Assembly (NCBI RefSeq): GCF_009914755.1
Contig: NC_060928.1
DNA from: the human T2T-CHM13v2.0 reference genome, Homo sapiens
Reading direction: 5' to 3' (one strand)
DNA length: 64,000 bases
Below, piece after piece: positions 1 to 14,202 of this stretch; position 1 is the first letter of the stretch; every line of letters starts with the position of its first letter. A model generated the notes under the pieces. The model ran no database searches. It was not told the DNA's origin and was given only the letters and a program-made list of their open reading frames with translations. Position numbers and translations under genes: made by a program.

Positions 1-381
1 ACAAATGACCTTTTTATTTTACTATAGTTTTAACATCCCAGATGCCCTACAAGGATCTTGGGGACACCCAGGAGTCTCTGGACCACCCTTTGAAAACTGC
101 TGCCTATAGAGAAAGTAACTTCCAGTAAGCAGGGAGGGGTGTGAATTAATAAGGAAAATGAGAGAAATAGGGCTCCTGAGTTACCTCCTAGAATCTCAAA
201 AACTTCAGCCTCTCCTTTCGAAGTGTTCACCAACCTCTGCAAGCACCTGCTAATTTGCTGTGCTATCCGTTATTTCAAGTGTTCCATAGTTCCACCTGAC
301 AAATACTGTGAAAGACTTGTTTGAATTCAGGGAAAGCTCATTTGAAAGTATGTAAATGATGGTCCAGTAAGAGGACAGTAT

Positions 382-402
382 TCTGTCTGTCTGTCTGTCT
401 GT

Positions 403-452
<50 letters not shown>

Positions 453-455
453 ATA
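382..455. repeat. Compound microsatellite (TCTG)5-(TG)~18-(TATG)n
   Basis: Directly visible tandem units. Confidence 0.95.
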
Positions 456-458
456 TAA

Positions 459-757
459 TTTTTTATTTTTATTTTTATTTTTTCAGACAGCCTCACTCTT
501 TACCCAGGCTGGAGTGCAGTGGTGCGATCTTGGCTCACTGCAACCTCCGCTTCTCTGGTTCAAGAATTCTTGTGCCTTAGCCCCCTGAGTAGCTGGGATT
601 ATAGGCATGTGCCACCACACCCAGCTACATTTTGTATTTTTAGTAGAGATGGGGTTTCACCATGTTGGCCAGGCTGGTCTCGAACTCCTGACCTCAAGTG
701 ATCCACCTGCCTCAGCCTGCCAAGGTGCTGGGATTACAGTGAGCCACTGTGCCCGGC
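459..757 (-). mobile_element. AluS-type SINE
   Basis: Reverse-complement Alu dimer. TSD GAGGACAGTATT at 371-382 and 760-771. Confidence 0.92.
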
Positions 758-1819
758 TTGAGGACAGTATTTTAAATCAATGTTTATTCCAGTTAGAAAA
801 CTGATGGGTTTAGATTTGGGAGAAGAGCAAGTGGTTAGAAAAATTCAGTGGTTTTATGATTATCTAATTTCAACATGAGAATATATTTTTCATCCAGACA
901 TTTACTAGCTTTTGAAATTACTGCTTTTGTGGATAATATAAAGATATGGATAAAGCATCAGAATAATAGAAACAGAAAGTGATTTAATATTAGAAGCTCC
1001 TTCTCTTTGGGCTTCTAATTTTCTTATGCCAAGGGTAGATTTATTTTACTGGCATCTGGGCTATGCCTAGAAGCTGTAGTTGATGATAAAAAATAAAGAA
1101 CAAAATAAAGAAAAAAAATCCTGCCACATTTCTCCTGGATTATGGATATTTGAAAAAGTACCAGTAGGTCACTGGCATTTTTCATATAGATGATTGTGTC
1201 CTGGAGAACTAATATTGTCTAATATTGTCTGTGTAGCATCTTATACAAACCATACAATGAGACCGGCAGACAGTGAGTCCAGGTTTAATGGCAAATATCT
1301 GTATCTGCCTGCCCCAGGTAAACAGTGCTTTGTCCTAGAAATCTCCAGTAGTGTGCAGATCTCTAGTGGCTGCAGAATGACTTTGGTAGCCTGGGTAGCA
1401 CCCAGTTGAATTGGCCACTATCAGACAAAGAATAATAAATTGCCTTAATAAAACAACACGTCCTTTAGTTGACTGTTGGGCAATTGTTTGTGGAGGCAGC
1501 TTTCCGGTCAGCCTGTGTTTATTTCTAGGCCATCATTCTATTGCTGCTTTAAGCCAATCCAGATCACATTTAATTCTTGCCTCTGCTTCCTCTTCCTTTG
1601 TCCCATCTGTCTCGCTCCAGCATGTTTTGGGAAAATCTAAAAATGATTGCTTTTATACTATTATTTCAATAGCATCTTTAATTTCATAGTTTTCTTTGCT
1701 GGTCGAGTACTGGCATACAGTTTGAGGGAAAAAAAGAATGTTTTTATTCGTGTGTTTTCCTTCTTTGTCTCTGAAATGTTCTTTTTCATCTTTGTAATTT
1801 CTGATTGTGGTGTAATTTA

Positions 1820-2005
1820 AAGAGTTGGGACTTGAGATTGAAACAGAACAGGACTTGAGAGAGTTACTTCTACCTTTTATTACCTCTGTGACTTTGACAG
1901 TTCACATAATCATTCAGATCTTAATTTTCTCATCTATAGAATACACGTGATGATGTCTACTTTTTGGTGTAGGTGGGAGGATTAAGTCATTGTACATTTG
2001 AAACT
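1820..2005 (+). mobile_element. MIR SINE remnant
   Basis: MIR core-like ctgtgactttgacagtt…ttttctcatctatagaat…gaggattaag. Confidence 0.6.
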
Positions 2006-3722
2006 TTTTAAATAAAAGATTAATGTCCTTTTGCTCACTCAAGGAATGAGAACCCAGAGGTACGTAGTAGGAATCACAGCAAACAAATGATTGATCCACA
2101 CGGAACACAGTAAGGATGCTGCAAAGACTGATGCTACAACCCACCAGAAGGCTAGTAGATGCCTCCTGCCACAGAAGCAGCCCCACCCCTCGTGGTGCTT
2201 TCTTGGCTTTAAAGCAATACTTGATGTCCACTTTCTAGAGGACATCATAGGAATATCCTGCTTGGAGTTAGTGGAAGGATTCCAGGGAGAGATCTGCCAT
2301 TCCTTCTTCCATAGATCAAGCTGCTTTGGCCAGCCCTCTGGCCTTTGGCTCAGTCAGAAGTATTTTCCCTAACTTAGCTGTAGGAGGGAGAGGAACTTGT
2401 GGCAGTCTGAGTACCAGGCTCCTTTATTATCTGCCTTCCACTGTTAACGGAGAAGGGACTGTGTACCGTTTGAGAGAGATTTTGATATTGTTTAAATAAG
2501 CTTCTCTTGTAAAAGTGGTTTTTTTTTCCAACTTCCTCCAGTGCTTATTAGCTAAATATATATTTAAAAAAAGAATTACCTTTAAAAGTGCTTGACATGA
2601 TAAAGGAGTAGCATCTTAATCTTACTATATTGAAATATCAACCTAGCTGGCAGCAAAGCTAGAGTTTAAAATAATTGAAGATGCCATTTTTAAAAAGTCA
2701 GCGTATCAGTATATGCATAAAGGCTTATTCTAAAAATTTCCTTTCATGTTGCTGGCTTTACACATTAGGATAGAATTCCTTCAGGTTGTACAAGACAGAG
2801 GAAACCTTTCTTTTCTAGCGTTATACACTCTAGAAACTAGTTTCAGTCTCCAGTGCAAAATAAATTTCAGTTAACACCTGAGAGGCATGGGTCCTAAAGG
2901 TACTAATATGCACTAGTTTCATTTCCTGTGCAGTACCTAGTATGTTTCTCTCCCTCTGCTTCATGTTTTTTCTCATTGTTAGCTACTAGTTACTGTAAAA
3001 ATCTCTTATACTTTGCCTCCTCATCTAGAACATATTAGAAAACGCAGCATCCCAGGCTTTCTTGAATCACTATCAAGATACTATGGGAAGGGAAGTATAG
3101 AAAGTTCTGTTTTCCAGTCCTCTTCACTCAGATCCTCCAAATTAATGTTCCTGGGATGGAGTCAGTACAGGGAAGTGCACAACCAAGGTTGTCAAGACTG
3201 GTTGAAAAATACTTTGGAGCCTCACAGAAGGCAATTTGCCATCAAATTAGATAACGTCGAGTTTATAGACCCTCTAGCTCACTAGAAATACCTGTAGACT
3301 TTTTATCCTATTATCTCCCAGTCAGAAAGCAGGCTGGCAACCCTGGTTTATGCTTTGTTAGGTTTTTTTGAAAAATGAAGCTGCAGGTCATATTTAAGAA
3401 AACATCTAGAAGACTTAAAAATTACTAAATAAATACTCGTACCTTTTTAGATTGTTGCTGTGATTTTGGAGTTATATAGACCCTTTGATGCTACTGAAGT
3501 TCGTTGTTATGATTTCATTTGAAATCCAAAAAAGGCCATGCATTTGCATTTATTCTAGCAAAAGTTTTCCAGATGAGTTGATGGTTGAGGAAATTTGATT
3601 ATTTAGGAGATGGCAGTTACTATAACCAATGTGTTTCTCATTTGAAATATTTTTTACCTAATAGTACATAATTGAATTGTTTCTAGAAACTTCTTTCCTT
3701 CTTTTTCACTCTCTTTATTTAG

Positions 3723-3895
3723 ACATGAAGAACAGCCAAGACCTTTTGTGTTGCACGCATGCTTGAGGAACTCAGATGATGAAGTAAGATTTCTACAAAC
3801 GTGTTCTCGGGTTCTGGTGTTTTGTCTCCTCCCCTCAAAGGATGTGCAGTCTCTCAGCTTACGTATAATGCTTGCAGAAATTCTCACAACAAAAG
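3723..3895 (+). CDS. SNX25: SNX25 coding exon (PXA domain): (R)HEEQPRPFVLHACLRNSDDEVRFLQTCSRVLVFCLLPSKDVQSLSLRIMLAEILTTK(V)
   Basis: Polypyrimidine tract plus tttag acceptor (AG 3721-3722). Donor G|gtagac at 3896. 173 nt, phase 2 in, phase 1 out. Confidence 0.95.
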
Positions 3896-4280
3896 GTAGA
3901 CTTATACAGTTGATTTCACTAATTCAATAAGTGTGCAAACTAATGTGCTACATGCAGACCTTGTTTACTGTTGAACATATGGGATTTGAAGTATTTTCAA
4001 AATCTTGTTTATATGTCTCTAAAACTATTTGGCCATTCAGGATAAACTTAAATTTTTAATATGACATATCGCCAAATGCACAGTCCATTAAGTTGCATGT
4101 TTTGACATAGAAAACAAGTTTTTATGCTCTTCACAGGGAAGCATTCATTTGGGATAGCTTTTGAGTTATCTAGGCCAATAATATATACATTAATGAAAGT
4201 ATGTGTATGTGTGTATAATATCTATATAATATCCATAGTATGTATGTTTATATATTACGTGTGTGTGTGTGTTCAAATTC

Positions 4281-4416
4281 TTTTTTTTTTCTTTAAATAG
4301 AGATGGGGGTCTTACTATGTTGCCCAGGCAAGTCTTGAACTCCTGGGTTCAAGTGATCCTCCCACTTAGGCCTCCCAAAGTGCTGAGATTACAGGTGTGA
4401 GCAACCATCCCTGACC
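4281..4416 (-). mobile_element. FLAM/Alu left monomer
   Basis: Single Alu arm with T-tail. TCAAATTCT repeated at 4273 and 4421. Confidence 0.85.
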
Positions 4417-4485
4417 ACAGTCAAATTCTGATTAGCATATTTACTTAAAATATCTTTGCTATATGATTTGTTGATAATGCGTATA

Positions 4486-5211
4486 CAGTAATGCATTGCT
4501 TAACAACAGGGATGTGTCCGAAGAAATGTGTCATTAGACAATGTCATTGTGCAAATATCATAGAGTGTACTTACACACCTACATGGGATAGCCCACTACA
4601 CATGTGGGCAATATGGTGTAACCTATTGCTCCTAGACTATAAACCTTATACCATATTACTGTACTGAATACTGTAGGCAATAGTAACACAATGATATTTG
4701 TGTATCTAAGTATAGAAAAGGTACAGTAAAAATATGGTATAAAAGATAAACAACAGTACACCTATATAGGACACTTACCATGAATGGAGCTTGCAGGACT
4801 GGATGTTGCTCTGAGTGAGTGGGGAGTGACTGTGAAGGCCTAGGACATGACTGTGCACCACTGCAGACTTCATAAACAGTGTACGCTTAGGCTACACTAC
4901 ATTTATTTAAAATTTTATTTTCTTCAATAAATTAACCTTAGCTTACTATAACTTTTTTTACTTTATGAACTTTTAATTTTTTTAAACTTTTTGACTCTTT
5001 TGTAATAACATTTATCATCATTATCAAGTATGCACTGTACATAATTGTATGTGCTGTATTTTTATACTATTGACAGTGCAATAGGTTTCTTTACACTAGC
5101 TTGACCTCATTAAATGGTAGAAAATTTTCAGCTTCATTATAATCTTATGGGGGCCACTGTCATATAGTCAGTCTGTTGTTGACCAAAATGTCATTATGTG
5201 GCGCATGACTG
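4486..5211 (-). mobile_element. Tigger3/MER7-type DNA transposon (TcMar-Tigger)
   Basis: Termini CAGTAATGCATTGC…/…GCGCATGACTG, flanked by TA dinucleotides. Internal sequence matches my recollection of Tigger3. Confidence 0.85.
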
Positions 5212-5604
5212 TACATAATTTTGTGAACTTGGAATATGTAAAAAGGAACTGTACCACAATATAATGTGATTACTAGAAAAAAGTTAACTATATCCAGGGA
5301 AATGCTTAGTCAGGATAAGAGAAACTTTCCCTATCTCAGTCTCAGACAAATAGCATTGCATTTGAGATGCAGTGATTATCTCATTTACTATCTCAGGATA
5401 AGCCAGCTGTGCCCATCAGCTATTATAACCAACCACAGAGAAGAGAGGAAGTTTCTAATCTCAAGTTACAAGGATGGCTTTGTAATAGTGTCATTGACTT
5501 TTTAACTTCCTCTCTGAGGTCTGTTTTAACCAGTTGGGGAGAATGTTGACTTTCATCCTTTGGCAGACTAAGCTTGTCAAAACGTATTGAGCCTTATAAA
5601 ATAA

Positions 5605-5947
<343 letters not shown>

Positions 5948-6253
5948 TAATTTTGATAGATTTGTTAGCAACTTGAGTTCCAAATGACTTCCCTTCATGA
6001 TTCTTTTACATTTCACTTATTTATTAAAATGACAACTTGATTATAGCCATGGATGATAACATATTTGGAGGGATAGGCAGCTGTATGTGTGCATGTGTGT
6101 ACATTTTTGAATTGTTTATTGTATTATATAGATATTCCCCTGTTTGACTACTTGAAAAATGTTTCCCAAATGTAGTCTCAGTTATGTGATACATAAACAG
6201 TTCCCTTAAAGAAGAATACCTTTCTCAGTGGCTATTTCTTCTTCTTCCTGTAG

Positions 6254-6440
6254 TCTTGAAGCCGGTAGTGGAGTTACTGAGTAATCCAGATTACATTAAC
6301 CAAATGCTGCTTGCCCAGCTGGCGTACAGAGAGCAAATGAATGAGCATCACAAGAGAGCCTACACCTATGCCCCCTCTTACGAGGACTTCATCAAGCTCA
6401 TTAACAGCAACTCTGATGTGGAGTTCTTGAAGCAACTAAG
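6254..6440 (+). CDS. SNX25: SNX25 coding exon: (V)LKPVVELLSNPDYINQMLLAQLAYREQMNEHHKRAYTYAPSYEDFIKLINSNSDVEFLKQL(R)
   Basis: Acceptor cttcttcctgtag (AG 6252-6253). Donor AG|gtattt at 6441. 187 nt, phase 1 in, phase 2 out. Confidence 0.95.
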
Positions 6441-6648
6441 GTATTTGGTCTTCAATTATAGCACAGCAACAGCTACTGATTATCATCCCCTGCCTAGTTA
6501 GGTTAAAAAAAAAAAAAAGTAGTTGTCAGGGAAGCAGAAATAAAACAAGTCTATAAATCTTACTATTTAGTGACAGCTAAATTTATCCAGCGTCTCCTTA
6601 GCAGTGTAATTAGAATGAATTTTTTTAAAGTATTAGGTTTTTCAAATA

Positions 6649-7393
<745 letters not shown>

Positions 7394-8086
7394 TAATGAG
7401 GCTATAATAGACTGAAAGCTCTTCAGATGTCGGGAGTACCTGCTTAGCTGCTCAGATGACTACCTTAGAAAAGCACTGGAAGGACATCAGAAGGAGAAGA
7501 TGTGTTTCAAATTACAGAGTAGAACATTGTGTTGGTTTTTGTTTGTCTTGGACAGTACAGAGGCTTGGGTTTGGGAATAAGAGGTTCTAGATTAATTATT
7601 TTGAGAAAACACATTTGAAAATACCATAGGAGTATCTTTTACAGGGGAGCACAGTGTCCCTTGTTATACCTGAGATATTTTAGGGGGTGTGTATTTTTGT
7701 GTATTTTTAATAGTATATACACATTTAGTATGATTATATAGTATTATCTAGTTTGTAAATTTTCTAGGCTTCTGTTTCTCTACCCTTCTTTTTAATGTTC
7801 CCAAATGATAATATAGGGGAAAGAAAGAAAACTCTTATATGTTCATTTTGCTTTTCATTAATAATTTTGGTAAAACCCTGATGGAAAAGTAAAATATTGG
7901 TTGAAATTGGGTGTTTGAATTAGTCGAGGTTTTTAAACTTGTGACATTTGCTTTTGAACTAGGGTTAACATTAAGATGACTCATGCTGTTTAATTTTCTG
8001 ATTCGAATAAAGCACCATCTAAGGAGGCATAGACGTAGATGGCACTGTGTTCTTATACATGGTGTCATGTGTTAATCTAGGTGTCA

Positions 8087-8189
8087 CAAATACATAATGA
8101 CAGCTTCAATTTACAAATACATACCTCAAATACATAATGACGGGTTCAATTTACAAATATATACTCAAATATATAATGATGAGTTCAAT
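8087..8189. repeat. ~40-bp tandem repeat, ~2.6 copies
   Basis: Unit CAAATACATAATGACAGCTTCAATTTACAAATACATACCT with diverged copies at 8127 and 8166. Confidence 0.9.
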
Positions 8190-9007
8190 GTAAATGGATT
8201 TGTTTACAAGGAATTTAATTTTGGGTATAATATATATCTGATGTAATATCTGGAGATTTAATGTTTCTCTTGCCATGCATAATTTTGAATAGACTACATG
8301 ATATTCTTTATAGATTTGTTTTTATTTCTGTCTGAGTCTAGACATTTCTTTTTCGTAAGTGTGATGCTTGAGCTAGAACCCAAGAGCCAGTATTCCAGGT
8401 TTGTTATGTGAGGCTCACAGGTTACATCCACTCAAGTCATCCTTATCATAGTGTCCTTCGATTCCTTTTAAAGCATCATTCTATAAAAGTGAAAGAGCTC
8501 AGTGGTAGAACACCCTTGTTGCCTCTCCTCTCCCTAAAACTGTACGTACACACACACACCCCAAACTCTAGTTGTAGGGATGCTATTCAAACCTATACTC
8601 GAATACTCATCTACCTGGTGTTTTCGTGCCTGCTGTTCCTGGATTTGCTGTGCATGGTGTGACAAGGTGACATGATGACTATGCCCCACAACGTTATAAA
8701 TTCTTCCTAAGTCATTGTTTATGAACAGATAACTCATGTTGATAATTTGTGGCTTCATTGAATTCCTGAGCATTTTTCTTTGACCAAATAGTCGTTCCAC
8801 AGTAAAGGCAGGTGTGGACTATTTGGTAACCCCAAGTGAGTTTAAGATAACAATCTAGAGTCAATAGTGGCAGATTAAGAGAATCAGTATTCCTTGTTCT
8901 TACAGACTTGTGGATGAGTGTTCTATTTTGTGTGCCAAACTGAAGATTCCAGCACTGCACATAGGGATGTATTTAATAGTTAATGGAGGAAACAGAAAGG
9001 CATCAGA

Positions 9008-9145
9008 GTTTTGTTGTTGTTTTGTTGTTGTTGTTGTTTTTTAAGAGACAAGGTCCTGTGGTGTTGCCCACACTGGAAACAAACTCTAAGGCTCAAACAG
9101 TCCTCTCCCTCAGCCTTCCAAGTAGCTGGGACTACAGGCGAGCTC
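9008..9145 (-). mobile_element. Old Alu monomer fragment with (TTG)n tail
   Basis: agagacaagg…cagccttccaagtagctgggactacagg. Confidence 0.75.
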
Positions 9146-9357
9146 CTGATTTTTTAAAAATCAGAACTAGTTATTTTGAATGATCTACCACTGGTTCTCT
9201 AGCACCATCTGTTATTTTGTATCTTAACACAGTTCCTGTATTGTAAGATGAATGAATCTTGATAAGAATTAATGGTTTATCTTCTTCAAAATGTACCAGC
9301 CAAAGATTCAGAACTATTTAAATACTATATACAGTTCATCATCTGGTAGACAAAGAA

Positions 9358-9490
9358 GTAGCTCAAAAAAAAAAAAAAAAAATCCCAGCACTTTTGGAGG
9401 CTGAGGAGGGCAGATTGCTTGAGCCTGGCAGTTCAAGACCAGCCCGGGGAACATGGCGAAACCCCGTCTCTACAATAAAAAACAATAAAA
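9358..9490 (+). mobile_element. FLAM/Alu left monomer with an A18 run in its head
   Basis: aatcccagcacttttggaggctgagg…accccgtctctac plus A-rich end. Confidence 0.8.
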
Positions 9491-9802
9491 CTATGGTGTA
9501 CACTGCCCCAGGATGATTGAACAGCTTACTTTTATTGCAGTAGGCACATCATGGATTGCCTTAACTTGATTGACCAAAGATTACACTGAAGTTCTGATTT
9601 TATGTTTTTCCTTTCCCTTCTACTATGTGATGAAACAAAAATAGTGTGAGCCCTTAATCTTTCTCAAAGATCGCTTCCTCTTGACGTCATAAATAGGGCA
9701 AGATTAAAGGGATAGCACCTGGGTGCCCTGGGAAGCAGGCCCTTTGGTCTTGAGCACTGAGGGACTTAAGAGGCAGTAGAAGTGCTAAACTGAAGAATAC
9801 CT

Positions 9803-10235
9803 TTTGAAAATGAGATATAATTCACGTACCATAGAATTCACCACCTTTAAGTGTACAATTCCGTGGTTTTAGTGTATTCAGAGACTCTGATTGTCACTAC
9901 TATGTAATTTCAGAATATTTTCATCACCCCAAAAAGAAACCCTGTGCCCACTAGCAGTCACTCCCCATTCCTTCCCTCCCTCCAGCCCTTGGCAACCGCC
10001 AGTCTGCTTTCTGTCTCTATGGATTTGCCTAGTCTGGACATTTCATGTAAATGGAATCATGTAGTATGTGGCCTTTTGTGTCTGGTTGCTTTCACTCATT
10101 ATGTTTCCAAGGTTCATTTGCATTGTATAATGTATCAGTGCCCCATTCCTTTTTTTGGCTGAATAATATTCCATGGTATGAATATAGCACATTTTATCCT
10201 TTCACCGGTCCATGGGCAAGTTGGATTGTCTGCCA
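9803..10235 (-). mobile_element. L1M (L1MA/MB-type) 3' end
   Basis: gagatataattcac…aagtgtacaatt…aatggaatcat…ggctgaataatattcc motifs. Confidence 0.8.
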
Positions 10236-10625
10236 TTTAAAGGATGCCTTTTGAGTGACCGTTGAGCATCTTCAGTGACGTTGTCAGTGACTGTTTACAA
10301 GTGAGAGTAAAATAAAATGTTGCAGTTCCTAACCTCTTCCTAGTATGGCCTCCTGCCACAGCGTACCCACCGCTGCCAAGGAGTGATGGGACACAGGCAC
10401 CAGGAAGGTGCATTCCTTTTGTGCACTATTCCTGTTCTGTATGTTGTATATTCCTCTGTCTTCCTTCTTACTACTAGGCTTTGTGTTTCCAGCAGAGTTT
10501 GCAGAGTCAGTGGGAAGGGCACTTGGAGGTATTTGGATTAGATAATCGAGCTTGACAGGTGACTAGTCTATTAGAGGCAAAAGGGATACATTCTCAGACT
10601 TAATTAGGTTGCATCCTTTTATAAG

Positions 10626-10833
10626 CAATCTCAGCTCACTGCAACCTCTGCCTCCGGGTTTAAGCGATCCTCCCACCTCAGTCTCCCAAGTAGCTGGGAC
10701 TACAGGCACACGCCAGCACGCCTAATTTTTGCCATGTTGGCCAGGCTGGTCTTGAACTCCTGGCCTCAAGTGATCCACTCGCCTCGGTCTCTCAAAGTGC
10801 TGGAATTACAGGTGTGAGCCACCGTGCCCGGCC
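10626..10833 (-). mobile_element. Alu, tail-less and internally deleted
   Basis: Alu body lacking the 3' end and part of the linker. Confidence 0.85.
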
Positions 10834-11814
10834 TGGAACTGTTTTCTTAATTCATAGACTGAGCTATTCTGTTGTTTTTCTGGTACAATTATAGTACTCT
10901 GCTATCTGACTTTATTGGTGTTTTACATTACTATCTTCAAATTGCTCTCAATACAATTTTGGGATAGGCTGCCTGAGGCAGGTAATGTGTTTTATTTAGA
11001 CTAAGCAGTTGATGTACCTATCCACTTTTATTTTTTACATATTTGAGAGATGCGTATTTTCTAAAGGAAATGAAGTCATTCAACTCTGTTAGGGCGGAAT
11101 GCGCTAAAAACAAACACAAAAAACCTTGAAGGTGATATTTGTAGTTCTGGAATAGTTTGGTTATTTTCTGAATCAGCATGAAGTGCTTTCACAGTAGAAC
11201 TAGAAATGCATCCTTCAAATATACTAAATTAGTGGTTTTAACCTAGGCTGTATGTCAGAACCACTGAGACCTTTTAAAAAAGTAAGTTGTATATTCCACT
11301 AGCTTTTGTAGCTTTTCCTTTGTCTTCTTTTCTGGATGCAGGATGTTGAAGTGAAGATGTGGTGGCTATACTGGTGTGATATTTTGAATTTTCCATGGTT
11401 TTCTGGTAGGAGCAGTGACTGACTCTGCTAATAGCACAAGAGCCAAAAATGTGAATGCCACCTTGGTTCCGGATATTAAAGGGCAGCTGGATGGGTTTCC
11501 CACAGTTGGTGTAGGTGGTGAGGGATGCCACAATCAAGGAAGGCAAACCAGAGCTCAGAATGAAGGTGCATCTGTTAGTGAAACTCACAATTGCCATTAA
11601 ACTAGAGAATAGACTGAGTGTTCCCTTGTTTTCAAGATAAAGTGGGGTCAAAGCAAACATTACAGTAGAAATGAAAGGTTTGCCCTTTCAGAACCTCTTA
11701 TAAATGCGCGGACAGCTTGTGGCCCAGGAAAACATCCATTGCTGCCTGCATTGTGTAATCCTGCAGTGCATTTGTAAACTGTGTGCTAATGAAAATGGTT
11801 TGTTCTTCCACAAA

Positions 11815-11935
11815 TAGGTGCCTCGGCTTCACCCCTAGGAATTTTTATGTAATTGGTCTGGAGGGGAATCCGGGCATCAGGATTTTTAAAAAGCTCCCCT
11901 GGTGATCGTAACGTGCAACTAATATTGAGATTCTC
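11815..11935. mobile_element. MER5A-like hAT-Charlie fragment
   Basis: aattggtctg…gggcatcaggatttttaaaaagctcccctggtgatc. Confidence 0.65.
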
Positions 11936-12167
11936 TTGTAAATGGAGTATTCTTCCACCTGCTTCCCATCTGAAGTCTTGACTAGACATCCTGTTGTATA
12001 ATTCATTGCACCCTAATTATTTGAAAACTGGTTGTACTATTTGAGATATATGGAAACTCTGTTGAGGAGAATATTGACTGATCGGGATACCTCATTCTTT
12101 TACCACGTTTATTGCAATGAACAAAGGGTGTTTTCTCACTGACCTTCCTGAGAGACATTTTTAACCT

Positions 12168-12388
12168 AAGGTTTCTCAACCTTGGTAAAATTGACACTTG
12201 GGGCTAGATAATTCTTTATTGTGGGAGGTTGTTCTGTTTACTGTAGAATTTTTAGCAGTATGCCTTGCCCCTACCCACTGAATGCCAGTGGTATTCTGCT
12301 GTACCCTTACAGTTGCGACAAACAAAATGCTTCCGGACATTGCCAAGTGTCTTAGGGGGAAAAGCTGCACCTGGTTGAGAGCCACTGG
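12168..12388 (+). mobile_element. MER20 (hAT-Charlie)
   Basis: ggtttctcaaccttgg…ggacattgccaagtgtc…ggttgagagccactg. Confidence 0.85.
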
Positions 12389-12499
12389 CTTAAACCCATG
12401 AATAGATTGGAGGTACTTAAATTAGTTAGGATCCAGTTCAGCTGAAGGTTACCAAAAACCTCCCAAATAATGATGGCATCCAAAGTATAGCAGTTTTTT

Positions 12500-13144
12500 C
12501 CCCAGATTGATTGAGATACACGTGACCAATAAAAATTCTGTATATTTAAGGTGTACAGTGTCATTTATTTATTTAGAGACAGGGTCTCACTCTGTCACCC
12601 AGGCTGGAGCGCAGTGGTGCAATCACAGCTCACTGCAGCCTTGACCTTCTGGGCTCAAGGGATCCTCCCTCCTGCCTCAGCCTCCCAAAGTGCTGGGATT
12701 CCAGGGGTCAGCCACCATGCCTGGCTGATATTTGATGTATGTACACATTGTGGAGTGATTACCACAAGCAAGCTAATTAACATATCAATTACCTTACATA
12801 GTTACCATTTTTTGTGTGTGGTGAGAACACCTAGGATCAACTCTTAGCAAATTTCGAGTGTATCATACCCAGTATTACCAGCTGTAGTCACCATGCTGTG
12901 TGTTAGCTCTCCAGAAGTTACTCACCTTTGTACGCTTTAACCAGCATCTTCCAATCTCCCTCCCACCTTCAGCCCCTGGTAACCACCATTCTACTCTCTG
13001 CTTTTAGGAGTTGGGCTGTTTTAGATTCCACATGTACGTGAGATGATGCAGTGTTTGGCTTATTTTATTTAGCACAGTGTCCTCCAGGTTCATCCACATT
13101 GTTGCCAATGGCAGGATTTCCTTCTTTGTTAAGGCTGAATAGTA
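12500..13144 (-). mobile_element. L1MA-type 3' end containing a FRAM-like Alu monomer (12564-12726)
   Basis: L1 3'UTR motifs (tacacattgtggagtgattaccacaagcaagctaattaac…ttagattccacat) flank a ~160-bp Alu monomer. Confidence 0.8.
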
Positions 13145-13850
<706 letters not shown>

Positions 13851-13996
13851 TGGATAGTTTAGTGAGGCAGAATAGCTCTACTTCCCACACAAGCATGAGA
13901 AACATGCAGCTTTCCTGGACTCGAACTCTTTGCCAAAGTTAAAGAGATGCCAAGCAAATACTCAAGAGGAGAAAACTTTGTTTTCTAAGCTACCAT

Positions 13997-14202
13997 GTGC
14001 TGAATATCTATTATGTATTAAGCACAGTGTTGGATTCTTAATAATTATCATCTTTCTTGATCATTATAACAAGCATATGAATTAGGTAGTATTTTTTCCC
14101 TTCTTAGGGTTGTAGAAAGTAAACTGACTTGCCCAGGATCCCATAGATAATAAACAACAGAGCTGGGATTTGAACTGAGGTCGGCCTGACTTCAAATCCC
14201 AT
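13997..14202 (-). mobile_element. MIR SINE
   Basis: gacttgcccaggatc…agagctgggatttgaac…ctgacttcaaa. Confidence 0.7.

Noticed and set aside
8087-8189. Possible CRISPR-like repeat array (also 63194-63274)
   Set aside because: Head-to-tail tandem copies without unique spacers, in a mammalian intron with no cas genes.
11274-11660. 128-aa minus-strand ORF
   Set aside because: No recognisable domain or exon structure; the length is compatible with chance.
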